Virus record (IMG/VR): IMGVR_UViG_3300036832_000092
Coordinates: 1-52,898 of that record
From: a virus
Taxonomy: Duplodnaviria; Caudoviricetes
Length of the DNA: 52,898 nucleotides
Reading direction: 5' to 3' (one strand)
Shown here: positions 9,763 to 18,354 of the stretch, piece by piece
How positions within the stretch are numbered: the stretch's first letter is position 1
How the letters are laid out: every line of letters begins with the position of its first letter
Program-made: the position numbers and the translations under genes
The notes under the pieces: model-generated
Databases searched by the model: none
The model's input: only the letters and a program-made list of their open reading frames with translations
What the model was told of the DNA's origin: nothing

Positions 9763-11667
9763 GTGATCAAGTCAGATCCAATTGCTGCACTGAAGAATCT
9801 TGATCAACGTATCGGGATTCTTGAGCGCATCAGTGATGGTGCTGTCGATCCTGACAATGCTGATCTGATCAATACACCATCCCATTTGGGTCGTAATGGC
9901 GGCCCAAATATTCCATCATCAAAATGGACAGAAGTCACTGGCTGGACTGACACTCTTGTAAGTCAAGTGCCAATTCAAGGTGATTACTTTGCGCCTGATA
10001 CAGATGGCTGGTATGAGATCGCTATCAAGGTGCAATTCCCAGGCAACAATACAGGTCGTCGTGCGGCCACGTTGCTCGAACACACAACGGCGCCTGGCCC
10101 AAATGACCTGATGATTGACTCGACTTCAACAGCGGCTATTACGTTGACTGGTGAGATATATCCACAATATCTTTATGCTGGTCATCTATATGCGTTGGCG
10201 CTTTGGCAGACATCTGGAGTCGCTCTTTCACCAACAATTTGCTACGTTGCAATTTGGCCATTTGGCGGCATACAAGGACCACCTGGCCCCGTTGGGCAAA
10301 CTGGCGCAACTGGTGCTGCTGGTCCAACTGGACCAAACGGACCACCTGGACAAACTGGACCGGCTGGACCGCAAGGATCTGCTGGCCCGCCTGGGCAAAT
10401 TGGTCCACAAGGCCCATATGGCTTGACTGGTCCGCCTGGTCCCACTGGTGCCGATGGTGTTGGTGTACCAAGTGGTGGATCTGCGGGGATGTCGCTAGTC
10501 AAGACGAGCAACAATGACTATGACACCATGTGGGAAATGGTATCAGGCGGCGGCCAGATAGGCCCACCAGGCCCGCAAGGACCAACAGGCCCAACTGGAG
10601 CAGATGGTGCAATTGGACCACCTGGACCGACTGGCGATCCTGGACCACAAGGGCCAACTGGTGCAACTGGTTCACAAGGTCCAGTTGGCGATACTGGTCC
10701 GGCGGGTGCCGATGGTCAGCAAGGATCGCCAGGTATACAAGGTGATCCTGGTGCAATAGGTCCAGAGGGCCCACAAGGTGAAACTGGTGCGCCTGGGCCG
10801 CCAATCAATATCAGCGGCACAGTACCGTCGGCGCCAAGCGATCTTCCCACTGGACTTGGCCCATCTGATGCAGGTAGAGGATGGATATCAGAAGATACAG
10901 GGCATTTGTGGGTATGGGATGGGGATTCATGGAATGACGCTGGGCCTGTCCAGGGACCAACAGGACCAATTGGGCCACCCGGTGCGACTGGTCCAGCGGG
11001 TCCAACAGGGCCAACAGGATCAACTGGGCCAGAAGGTCCACCAGGTGCAGGAATCTCCATAGATGGTACAGTAACAACAGCTAATCAATTGCCGTTACTG
11101 GGACCAGCAGATGCGGGGCAAGGATGGGTAACGCAGGATACCGGCCATTTGTATCACTGGGATGGTTCGCAGTGGTTCGATCTTGGGCCAATTCAAGGTC
11201 CGCAAGGCCCACAAGGTCCAGCAGGCCCACAAGGATCATCATACGTACAAACACTTTCTGCGCCAACGCCTAGCGGATCGCCATATACCGTAAGGCATAA
11301 CCTGAATACCATGAGCCCAATGGTGCAGCTATGGGGCGCAAATGGCATATTGCTACAAGCTGAAATAACAATCATTGACTCGAATACGATCACCGTTGGT
11401 TTCAACAACTCGCCGGGACAGAATGTCAATGTAGTTGTTGGCGCCGGTATTCCACAATCTGGTACTGCTGCAGGATCATATCGACATTACCAGACAGCTG
11501 CTGCTACAACGTGGACGATACCGCATAACTTGGGATTCAGACCAAGTGTCATGGTTGTCGATTCTGCATATGACCAAGTATTCCCAGGCAATGTACAGTA
11601 TTCAAATGATAATACTGTCGTGCTAAGTTTCTCGGCTGCTGTTGGCGGAGAAGCATACCTAAGCTGA
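9763..11667 (+). CDS. Collagen-like tail fibre protein
   Basis: Long (Gly-X-Y)n tracts with two GHL(W/Y).WDG..W.D.GP modules and H-N-L repeats. Confidence 0.85.
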   Translation: MIKSDPIAALKNLDQRIGILERISDGAVDPDNADLINTPSHLGRNGGPNIPSSKWTEVTGWTDTLVSQVPIQGDYFAPDTDGWYEIAIKVQFPGNNTGRRAATLLEHTTAPGPNDLMIDSTSTAAITLTGEIYPQYLYAGHLYALALWQTSGVALSPTICYVAIWPFGGIQGPPGPVGQTGATGAAGPTGPNGPPGQTGPAGPQGSAGPPGQIGPQGPYGLTGPPGPTGADGVGVPSGGSAGMSLVKTSNNDYDTMWEMVSGGGQIGPPGPQGPTGPTGADGAIGPPGPTGDPGPQGPTGATGSQGPVGDTGPAGADGQQGSPGIQGDPGAIGPEGPQGETGAPGPPINISGTVPSAPSDLPTGLGPSDAGRGWISEDTGHLWVWDGDSWNDAGPVQGPTGPIGPPGATGPAGPTGPTGSTGPEGPPGAGISIDGTVTTANQLPLLGPADAGQGWVTQDTGHLYHWDGSQWFDLGPIQGPQGPQGPAGPQGSSYVQTLSAPTPSGSPYTVRHNLNTMSPMVQLWGANGILLQAEITIIDSNTITVGFNNSPGQNVNVVVGAGIPQSGTAAGSYRHYQTAAATTWTIPHNLGFRPSVMVVDSAYDQVFPGNVQYSNDNTVVLSFSAAVGGEAYLS

Positions 11668-11677
11668 AGGGGCGGCC

Positions 11678-12907
11678 ATGCCTGTATTCTATGGCGCAAT
11701 TGATTTGGGCAAGAATGAATTGCGCAATGCTGTCGTCCAAAACCTTGGTGCTGCTCCATCATCGCCAATCAAAGGTCAATTGTATTACGATTCCACGGCC
11801 AATATGTTGTATTGGTGGAATGGAACAACTTGGATTGGCGCGGCAGGCTCGGCGCTCACCCCCGCAGCTACAGTTACAACACAGGCTGTTGGCGATGCGC
11901 CAGTTGTTGGCGCTAGTGCGAATTATGCGCGTGAAGATCACAAGCATGGTCGTGAAGCATTTGGCGCAGTCGTCGCACAAATCGCATTCGGCTCAGCTTC
12001 AGCAAATGGCGCTGCCGCAACAATCAGTCGTTCAGATCACGCGCACGGTACTCCAACGCACGACAATGCGGCTCACTCAGCCATCCCGCTAAGCGCATTT
12101 GCACAACCAATTGCAAACGTCAATATGGGTGGCTATCAGCTGATTGGTTTGGTTGCGCCGACGCAATCTGATTCAGCTGCCAGCAAGTCATATGTTGACA
12201 CTACTGCCCAAGGCTTGGATGCAAAGCAATCTGTGAAGGCGGCAAGCACAGGCAACCTTGCATTGAATGCGCCGCAAACAGTCGATGGAATTGCATTGGT
12301 TGCTGGTGATCGTGTGCTTGTAAAGGATCAGACCACACCTGCTAACAATGGGATTTATGTGGTTGCTGCCGCTGCGTGGACTCGTGCGCTTGATATGGAT
12401 GCATGGACAGAAATACCAGGCGCATTCACATTTGTCGAGCAAGGCACTCTGAATGCTGATAATGGTTGGGTATGTACTGCTGATCAAGGTGGTACACTTG
12501 GCACAACCGCAATCACTTGGACGCAATTCAGCGGGGCTGGGCAGGTCAACGCTGGCGCTGGTTTGACCAAGACCGGCAACACAATTGATGCTGTCGCTGG
12601 TGATACAAGCTTGACGGTCAATGCCGATGAGTTGCACGTCAACACGGCGGTTATCGCAACTGTTGCTGCATTGAATGCGGCCATAGCGGGCATGACCAAG
12701 AAGTATGCTACAAACCTTGTTGGTACAGCAAGCCCTGAAGTGATCACCCATAACCTCAATACACGAGACATTCAACTCACAGTGCTCAATGGCGCATCCC
12801 CATATACGGCTGTGGAAGTCGACTGGGATGCGACTACGGCCAACACGGTAACTATCAGATACAATCCAAATCTTGGCGCAGGTTACAGAGTTGTAGTTGT
12901 GGGCTGA
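11678..12907 (+). CDS. Tail fibre / minor structural protein
   Basis: YAREDHKH, AASKSYVD, GDRVLVKDQT..NGIY, THNLNT motifs. Confidence 0.8.
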   Translation: MPVFYGAIDLGKNELRNAVVQNLGAAPSSPIKGQLYYDSTANMLYWWNGTTWIGAAGSALTPAATVTTQAVGDAPVVGASANYAREDHKHGREAFGAVVAQIAFGSASANGAAATISRSDHAHGTPTHDNAAHSAIPLSAFAQPIANVNMGGYQLIGLVAPTQSDSAASKSYVDTTAQGLDAKQSVKAASTGNLALNAPQTVDGIALVAGDRVLVKDQTTPANNGIYVVAAAAWTRALDMDAWTEIPGAFTFVEQGTLNADNGWVCTADQGGTLGTTAITWTQFSGAGQVNAGAGLTKTGNTIDAVAGDTSLTVNADELHVNTAVIATVAALNAAIAGMTKKYATNLVGTASPEVITHNLNTRDIQLTVLNGASPYTAVEVDWDATTANTVTIRYNPNLGAGYRVVVVG

Positions 12908-12912
12908 TCATC

Positions 12913-13716
12913 ATGCCTCGCAGTTATGGAATTACCAATGCGGCGCCATATGCCGCTGCGCCTCCTGTCGGCGCTTCAGGTGATACATATTGGAATACAA
13001 CAAGCAAGATTCTTTTTGTATCTGATGGTTCTGCCTGGAATCCATGGCCATCAGGCGGTAGTGGATATACGCCAACTGCACCGATCATCCATGTATATAC
13101 AGCGAATACAACATGGACCAAACCGGCCAACATTGTAGCAGTGCGCATACGCATTGTTGGTGGCGGAGGTGGTGGGGGCGGCGCAGTCGGCGGCAGTAGC
13201 ACTCGTGCATGTGCTGGCGGTGGTGGCGCTGGAGGCTATGCCGAACAATGGATATCAGCAGCCTCATTGCTAACAAGCGAAGTAGTAACAGTTGGCGCTG
13301 CGGGGACTGCCGGACCGGCTGCCGCTAGTGGGAATGGTGGCCCTGGCGGCACATCAAGTTTTGGCTCGCATGCATCGGCAACAGGTGGTGGTGGAGGCAT
13401 CTGGGCAAATGCCGGTACTGGTCAAAGCCAAGCCAATAGCGGCGCAGGTGGAACAGGAAGTGGCTCTGACCCCAATGGGATATATGCCGATGGTGGCCCA
13501 GGCATGACTGGTAACGCATTCAGCGCATCTAGCGGCACATCAGGCGCTGGTGGTGGCTCTGCCTTTGGTGGCGGTGGAAAGAATCAATTTGCTGCCGGCA
13601 ATGGTAGTACACCAAACACGCCAGGTGGTGGTGGAAGCGGCGCACAAGCAGTGACCACAAGTATGGCCGGTGGCGCTGGCCAAACAGGCATGGTAATTGT
13701 TGAAGAGTTCTACTGA
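12913..13716 (+). CDS. Glycine-rich tail-associated protein
   Basis: TWTKPA..VGGGGGGGG..GGGGAGGY..G.VIVEEF glycine-rich domain. Confidence 0.75.
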   Translation: MPRSYGITNAAPYAAAPPVGASGDTYWNTTSKILFVSDGSAWNPWPSGGSGYTPTAPIIHVYTANTTWTKPANIVAVRIRIVGGGGGGGGAVGGSSTRACAGGGGAGGYAEQWISAASLLTSEVVTVGAAGTAGPAAASGNGGPGGTSSFGSHASATGGGGGIWANAGTGQSQANSGAGGTGSGSDPNGIYADGGPGMTGNAFSASSGTSGAGGGSAFGGGGKNQFAAGNGSTPNTPGGGGSGAQAVTTSMAGGAGQTGMVIVEEFY

Positions 13717-13733
13717 CCAAAGGGAGCAAATCC

Positions 13734-14006
13734 ATGACCTACAACTCAACTGCTGATATGCATGACGACTTTGACTTGCATCGCAGGCTTGTCGCTTGCG
13801 CGAGTGAACAAGGCAAGGGCAATCCGGATGACGGTGCTGCGCAGCCCGACAATTGGGTTGCCTTGCACAAGTGGCCAATTGTGAACAGCCCTGGTTGGTC
13901 TGCCAAATATGACTCTGCTCGCGCGTCTGGCAATACATCGCCTGGTAGGGATGCGGCAGTCATCACTGACGACGACATCTTGGCGACGATTCAGCCGATG
14001 GCATAG
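13734..14006 (+). CDS. Hypothetical protein (end of tail module)
   Basis: AGGGAG RBS; 90 aa; ends VITDDDILA. Confidence 0.7.
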   Translation: MTYNSTADMHDDFDLHRRLVACASEQGKGNPDDGAAQPDNWVALHKWPIVNSPGWSAKYDSARASGNTSPGRDAAVITDDDILATIQPMA

Positions 14007-15111
14007 TCATCATCATGTAGAATTGAAGATCGCAAAACATGCCTGGAGTCCATGGGGATTCCGGGCATTTTTGCTGCGCATTCTCTACCATTTCGGTATG
14101 AATCCGCCATTTACAGTTTCTTGGAGCCCATCCCCATCGTGCCTGGTGGTCAGAGTTCTGCTGCGAGCCTGTACAAGAGCCACTGTCGCGACACCTTTAC
14201 GGCGCATGTTCTCGCTGGCCTTCCGGCGCCTCACCCCGCAGATTCATGGCCCTTCATGTAATTCATGACAGCTTCACCAGCTTGGGCGAGAGGGTCAATC
14301 GACGTCTCCATGTAACTCATGGAACAGCCTTTCTCTACTAAATCGGTATGACATATCTGAATCCGCCAAATCAGTTCTAAGCAGAAGTCGATCTTGCCCA
14401 TGGTATTAGGTCTGATGCCTCACGCTCTGCTGCGAGGCTGACGTTCGCATGCCGTAGCTGCGATTCTCGTCAGCGCCCCACCCGGCTGGCAGGCCTCGAA
14501 AGTAAGCATCACGTAAGCATTAGTTATGAAAGGCATAAGAAAACCAGCTTTCACACCAGGGTTTACAGTAGATTCAGTGTTGCGGACGTAGCGCAACTGA
14601 AGGTTACGGCCCGCTCGATCCCCCAATAATTTCATGCACGCAAGCGCAACGAGCCGTTCGAGCCCCATGAATTTCATGGGGCGCGTTACGGACGGACTGT
14701 TGCGTCGCATACTTTCTCCCGAAACGGGTAAGCGAAGGATGTTCATGCGAAATATGGGACTAGCTAGGCGCTCTGCGAAGAGTAGCTCCGAAATTCCATG
14801 CGGGACATGCGCGCTACGGGTGGGCACAAGTCGATCTTGTGCAGCAGACCGAACCACCTCCTGACGTAAGGATTCATGAGAAATATGCGAGGAACTCAAA
14901 AGGTACCATGCGGGCCATGATCGATCTTTGTCAATAAAATAGTGTGATTCTTCTCATTTCCATGAGGTCGATGAGAGTTGCCTCAGGTTGGGGTGTTGTG
15001 AGTCCGACTAATAGGCGGATACCCCAATCTCTGGTTGCCTTATCGACAAGGCAGAAAATGCGAACTAGTAAATTGCTAGTCGCAAGCAAAATTACCATGG
15101 AGGTAATGAGA
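14007..15111. promoter_or_regulatory. ~1.1 kb non-coding control region between late and early genes
   Basis: No convincing ORF; diverged direct repeats, many hairpins, TAAAAT -10-like box at 14935-14940. Confidence 0.6.
14967..15058 (+). ncRNA. Pseudoknotted intergenic element, copy 0
   Basis: GTCGAT (14967-72) is complementary to loop ATCGAC of hairpin TTGCCTT/AAGGCAG; inserted stem GTTGGGGTGTT/GATACCCCAAT. Confidence 0.5.
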
Positions 15112-15549
15112 ATGTTCGAAATCACTGGCAAGCAGGTCATGGCGTCCGGCGCTGGTCACAACTACCACCTGTTCCGTAGCTGCTACGGTAACAAGTTGGG
15201 GCAGGGTTACCATGTCTCCGTTGGTAATGACATCTACCGTACGCACCGCGTATCGGTCGAAACTGCCATCGAGCAGGGTTACTTCGCATGCCGCGTATGC
15301 TATAAGCGTGCGGGGCTGACGGTCCCGGCTGCGGCCGACCGTGTGAAGGTCCGTGACGCTAAGCGTGCGGAACGTCTTGCGCGTAAGGCTGAGATTGAGG
15401 CTGCCAAGGCTGAGAACGTTGCCGCTCGTGCGGCGACTGACGCTGCGGTCGATGTGATCAAGGCTGCGAACGTTGAGGTTGACGTCAACGCTCTGATTGC
15501 GTCCCTGATCGACATGCTAAAGCTGGAGACTCTGGCCACTACGGTCTGA
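15112..15549 (+). CDS. Early protein with Ada-type Zn-binding-like motif
   Basis: GGAGG RBS at 15099; YHxxxxC...GYFACRVC followed by an Ala-rich helix. Confidence 0.7.
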   Translation: MFEITGKQVMASGAGHNYHLFRSCYGNKLGQGYHVSVGNDIYRTHRVSVETAIEQGYFACRVCYKRAGLTVPAAADRVKVRDAKRAERLARKAEIEAAKAENVAARAATDAAVDVIKAANVEVDVNALIASLIDMLKLETLATTV

Positions 15550-15604
15550 GTGCGTTGCGTTTGGCCATGCTAGTCATGGTCATTCGTTGCCTACTCAGGC
15601 AGAA
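15547..15604 (+). ncRNA. Pseudoknotted intergenic element, copy 1
   Basis: TGAGTG pairs with loop TACTCA of TTGCC/GGCAG; inserted CATG-CTAGT-CATG hairpin. Confidence 0.6.
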
Positions 15605-15630
15605 CTACCCTACTAGGAATGAGGAATCAA

Positions 15631-15840
15631 ATGGCAAACGTGCTCAGAGGTGTCGTAAAGGCATATCAAGACTGGGACTATCTCGACGTTGACGAGGAAG
15701 TCTCAGGTGAGCAAGTTGACGTTTCGATCTTCGCAGTCGTTGGGGAATTTGCGGGCAAGGAATTTGCCCATGATATCCCTGAGGGTTCCAAGATCGAATG
15801 GGACGCCGACTGGGAGCCTACCTACCAACTCAAGCAGTAA
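15631..15840 (+). CDS. Hypothetical early protein
   Basis: GAGGA RBS before ATG 15631; 69 aa acidic. Confidence 0.7.
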   Translation: MANVLRGVVKAYQDWDYLDVDEEVSGEQVDVSIFAVVGEFAGKEFAHDIPEGSKIEWDADWEPTYQLKQ

Positions 15841-15843
15841 ATC

Positions 15844-15903
15844 CGGTTGCGTTGCGTAATCTACATGCCTAGCATGTAGGTTGCGTTGCCCACCCGGGCA
15901 GAA
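15844..15903 (+). ncRNA. Pseudoknotted intergenic element, copy 2
   Basis: CGGTTG pairs 5/6 with loop CACCCG of TTGCC/GGCAG; 14-bp inserted hairpin. Confidence 0.6.
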
Positions 15904-15926
15904 TTACCGACTGAAGGAGAATCAGA

Positions 15927-16154
15927 ATGGCCATGGAGCCCAAGCCCAAGCCTGAGAAGTCGTTCAGCATTGACGGCATTGAAGTCAAGGTTGGCATGAT
16001 GTTCTGGGACTATGACTTGCGCCGTTGCCAGGTGCTAGCGGAGGAGCCATACAACCCATACGATGGTGTTGTTTGGTTCCGTACCACCACTGGTATGTTT
16101 GATGGTCAGCGCCTCTGGCGTCGCCACCCATCTACTGGTAAGCCCTGCTACTGA
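15927..16154 (+). CDS. Hypothetical early protein
   Basis: AAGGAG RBS; 75 aa. Confidence 0.75.
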   Translation: MAMEPKPKPEKSFSIDGIEVKVGMMFWDYDLRRCQVLAEEPYNPYDGVVWFRTTTGMFDGQRLWRRHPSTGKPCY

Positions 16155-16213
16155 ACACTCAACAGAATGTACATGCTAGTCATGTACATTCGATTGTCCG
16201 TTCAGGACAGAAA
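16152..16213 (+). ncRNA. Pseudoknotted intergenic element, copy 3
   Basis: TGAAC pairs with loop GTTCA of TTGTCC/GGACAG; perfect 11-bp hairpin GAATGTACATG-CTAGT-CATGTACATTC. Confidence 0.55.
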
Positions 16214-16328
16214 GGATTCTCAAGCCTGATAGGCCTGAGGATTCGGTCTTGCCCTGCCAGTCCGGCAGGAGTAAGGTCAGCGCTAGCAAGGAGATTCCTT
16301 GCTAGGCATGCGATCCAGGAGGAACGCA

Positions 16329-16910
16329 ATGACTGAAGTGAATGAGGAGATCAAGGCAACCGCAGAGTCGGATGCCCCAGTCCCCGCAACGTCCGACGGT
16401 GCGGAAGGGGCACCTGCCGACAGCACTCCCGTGGTCAAGACGCCCAAGTCTTGGGCCGACCGTATCAAGACGAGTCTTGAGAACGGACGGCAGAACGCGC
16501 GGTACATCAAGTTCAAGGAGTTCATCGCCGATGAATCCAATGGTGAAACGGTCGCTGACCTGGACACCATCGCTCTGGTGATGACCTTGATCAACGGATG
16601 GCGTGCGACTCCTGAGTACAAGGAGTGGGACGCAGAATACCGTGCGACGACTGGTGGAGGCACGACGCCCAAGGACGTCAAGCCCAAGACCAAGGAGGAA
16701 GCGCAGGCACTGGTCAAGAAGGCAGAAGAGAGTGCTGCCCGACAGGCCAAGGCCAAGGCCACTGCTGAGGCTCGCGCAGAGCGTGCGCGGCTGATGCTGG
16801 CTGAGCTGGAGCAGGAGGCTGCTGGCGAGGGTGTCGAGGCTGATGAATCCGATGAGGACATCACCGACGACACTGGCGACGCTGACGATTCCACGGATGA
16901 AGCGTTCTAG
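16329..16910 (+). CDS. Hypothetical acidic/helical early protein
   Basis: AGGAGG RBS before ATG 16329; high-GC3 codon usage. Confidence 0.8.
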   Translation: MTEVNEEIKATAESDAPVPATSDGAEGAPADSTPVVKTPKSWADRIKTSLENGRQNARYIKFKEFIADESNGETVADLDTIALVMTLINGWRATPEYKEWDAEYRATTGGGTTPKDVKPKTKEEAQALVKKAEESAARQAKAKATAEARAERARLMLAELEQEAAGEGVEADESDEDITDDTGDADDSTDEAF

Positions 16911-16931
16911 CAGACGCTAATTCCCATGGTG

Positions 16932-16968
16932 CGGATGGGGCCTGGTCGAACTGACCTGGCCCTATCCG
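16932..16968 (+). terminator. Strong hairpin after gene (terminator or stabiliser)
   Basis: CGGATGGGGCC-TGGTC..GACCT-GGCCCTATCCG; no U-tract. Confidence 0.4.
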
Positions 16969-16990
16969 GGCATGTACCTTGATCTCAACA

Positions 16991-17054
16991 GGTCGAAACT
17001 CCATGCACGGCATGTGTATGGAGTCCGCATGTAAGGCATGCGCTGATGATGACC
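16991..17054 (+). ncRNA. Hammerhead ribozyme, type II; predicted cleavage after C17025 (GUC)
   Basis: GGTC-GAAA-[CTCCATGCAC/GTGTATGGAG]-TC-[CGCATG/CATGCG]-CTGATGA-T-GACC; loop I TAAGG can pair with upstream CCTTG (16977-81). Confidence 0.88.
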
Positions 17055-17094
17055 AAATGTCTCAGTCAGAACATCGAACCAGGGAGAATCCCCA

Positions 17095-17670
17095 ATGGAA
17101 AGTGAGAAACGTCCCATCACGGACAGTCAGATCAAGTATCTGACTGACCTTGCTGGCTCACGGCAGATGGAAGATGCCGACAGGCTATTCCTACTGGAGC
17201 ACATGAAAGACTTCGACACCAAGTTGGCGTCAAAGTGGATTGATGCGCTCAAGATGCTGCCGCCAAGGCCCAAGCAGTTGCCGAAGCCCAAGTGGTCCGT
17301 GCCTGACGTGATCCCAGATGGTCGTTATGCGATCCTGAATCCCAGTAAGGCATGGGTATTCTTTCGCATTCTGACCAAGGAAGATCGTCAGAACGGACTG
17401 GAGTACAGGATTGTCCAAAAGATCCTTGGGGCGCCTGGTGATTTCAGGTACGTCAGAGTCACCGCAGAGGAGTGGAACCTTGCGATCACAAAGATCGCAG
17501 TGGATCCAGGCCTGTTCTCGCAGATGTTCGGCATCCAAGTCGGTGTCTGCGGGGTGTGTGGCAGTCCGCTGACGGACCCCACTTCAATCAAGTTGGGTAT
17601 CGGCCCAATTTGCGCTGCGAAGTATGGGTTATTCGGCGACGATGAGGCTGACGAGGCTGACGATGAGTGA
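17095..17670 (+). CDS. DUF6011-like Zn-ribbon protein
   Basis: CGVCGSPLTDPTSIKLGIGPICA motif. Confidence 0.8.
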   Translation: MESEKRPITDSQIKYLTDLAGSRQMEDADRLFLLEHMKDFDTKLASKWIDALKMLPPRPKQLPKPKWSVPDVIPDGRYAILNPSKAWVFFRILTKEDRQNGLEYRIVQKILGAPGDFRYVRVTAEEWNLAITKIAVDPGLFSQMFGIQVGVCGVCGSPLTDPTSIKLGIGPICAAKYGLFGDDEADEADDE

Positions 17671-17920
17671 GCCGCAGAAGTTCCAGTCAATCGAACTGGA
17701 CTGCCCACCTGGCATGGTGCGCCCAAATGATCTGTTCGACGCTGTCGTCAAGGATCTGGGCATCGAGCCCATATCACGTGATGTCCCATGTATGTTTGGA
17801 CATTCTGAGTGGTTCTTCAGAATCGACAGACCTACATGGGAGGCTAAGTATCAGCCAACAATCAAGGAACGTGTGGAGCGCCTGTACAATTCGGGAGTGA
17901 TCAGATACGGCAGCTGGTAA
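17663..17920 (+). CDS. Hypothetical protein
   Basis: GAGG before ATG 17663; overlaps previous stop. Confidence 0.7.
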   Translation: MSEPQKFQSIELDCPPGMVRPNDLFDAVVKDLGIEPISRDVPCMFGHSEWFFRIDRPTWEAKYQPTIKERVERLYNSGVIRYGSW

Positions 17921-17979
17921 CCATGTTTGGCCGCAGACGATAGTGCTGCGGTCATTCATGGCTATCAAGGTGATAGTCA

Positions 17980-18264
17980 ATGGAAATGAGGAAGGGTCAA
18001 ATGGGACAAGACTCGCTCAGAGTTGAGGGTTTGTCGGTGGGACGACTGTATCGCATTATCTACAGGAATCCTTTGGACAAACTACCACGGCAGATGATTG
18101 CTAAGTACATGGGTCAGGAGGATAGCGCAGACACGCTGTTCTTCAATCTGCGCCCAATTGCCGGCACCCAAGCGATCAAGATCGAATGGATACAACAGCT
18201 ATGGGAGACAGACCAAATCGTCGCTGCACCAACGATCTATCGTGGCGAAACGCGAGTGTTCTGA
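17980..18264 (+). CDS. Hypothetical protein
   Basis: AAGGTG RBS; 94 aa. Confidence 0.65.
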   Translation: MEMRKGQMGQDSLRVEGLSVGRLYRIIYRNPLDKLPRQMIAKYMGQEDSADTLFFNLRPIAGTQAIKIEWIQQLWETDQIVAAPTIYRGETRVF

Positions 18265-18354
18265 GCAAGGATGTTTGGTCATGTTGTGATACATGGCCAT
18301 TCACCCCTGTTCAGGGGAAGTTCCCATCAACCCATGGAGAATTGAGGAGAGTCA

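Noticed and set aside
10270-11240. Repetitive GGNCCN DNA as a repeat array
   Set aside because: Fully explained by collagen Gly-X-Y coding
14052-14899. ORFs 14052-14261 (+), 14420-14899 (-) and 14634-14864 (+)
   Set aside because: No clear RBS or recognisable protein features; they overlap repeats and hairpins
15547-15903. Permuted pistol ribozyme reading of the pseudoknot motif (pk strand followed by GCGT)
   Set aside because: No P2 stem or properly placed GU cleavage junction
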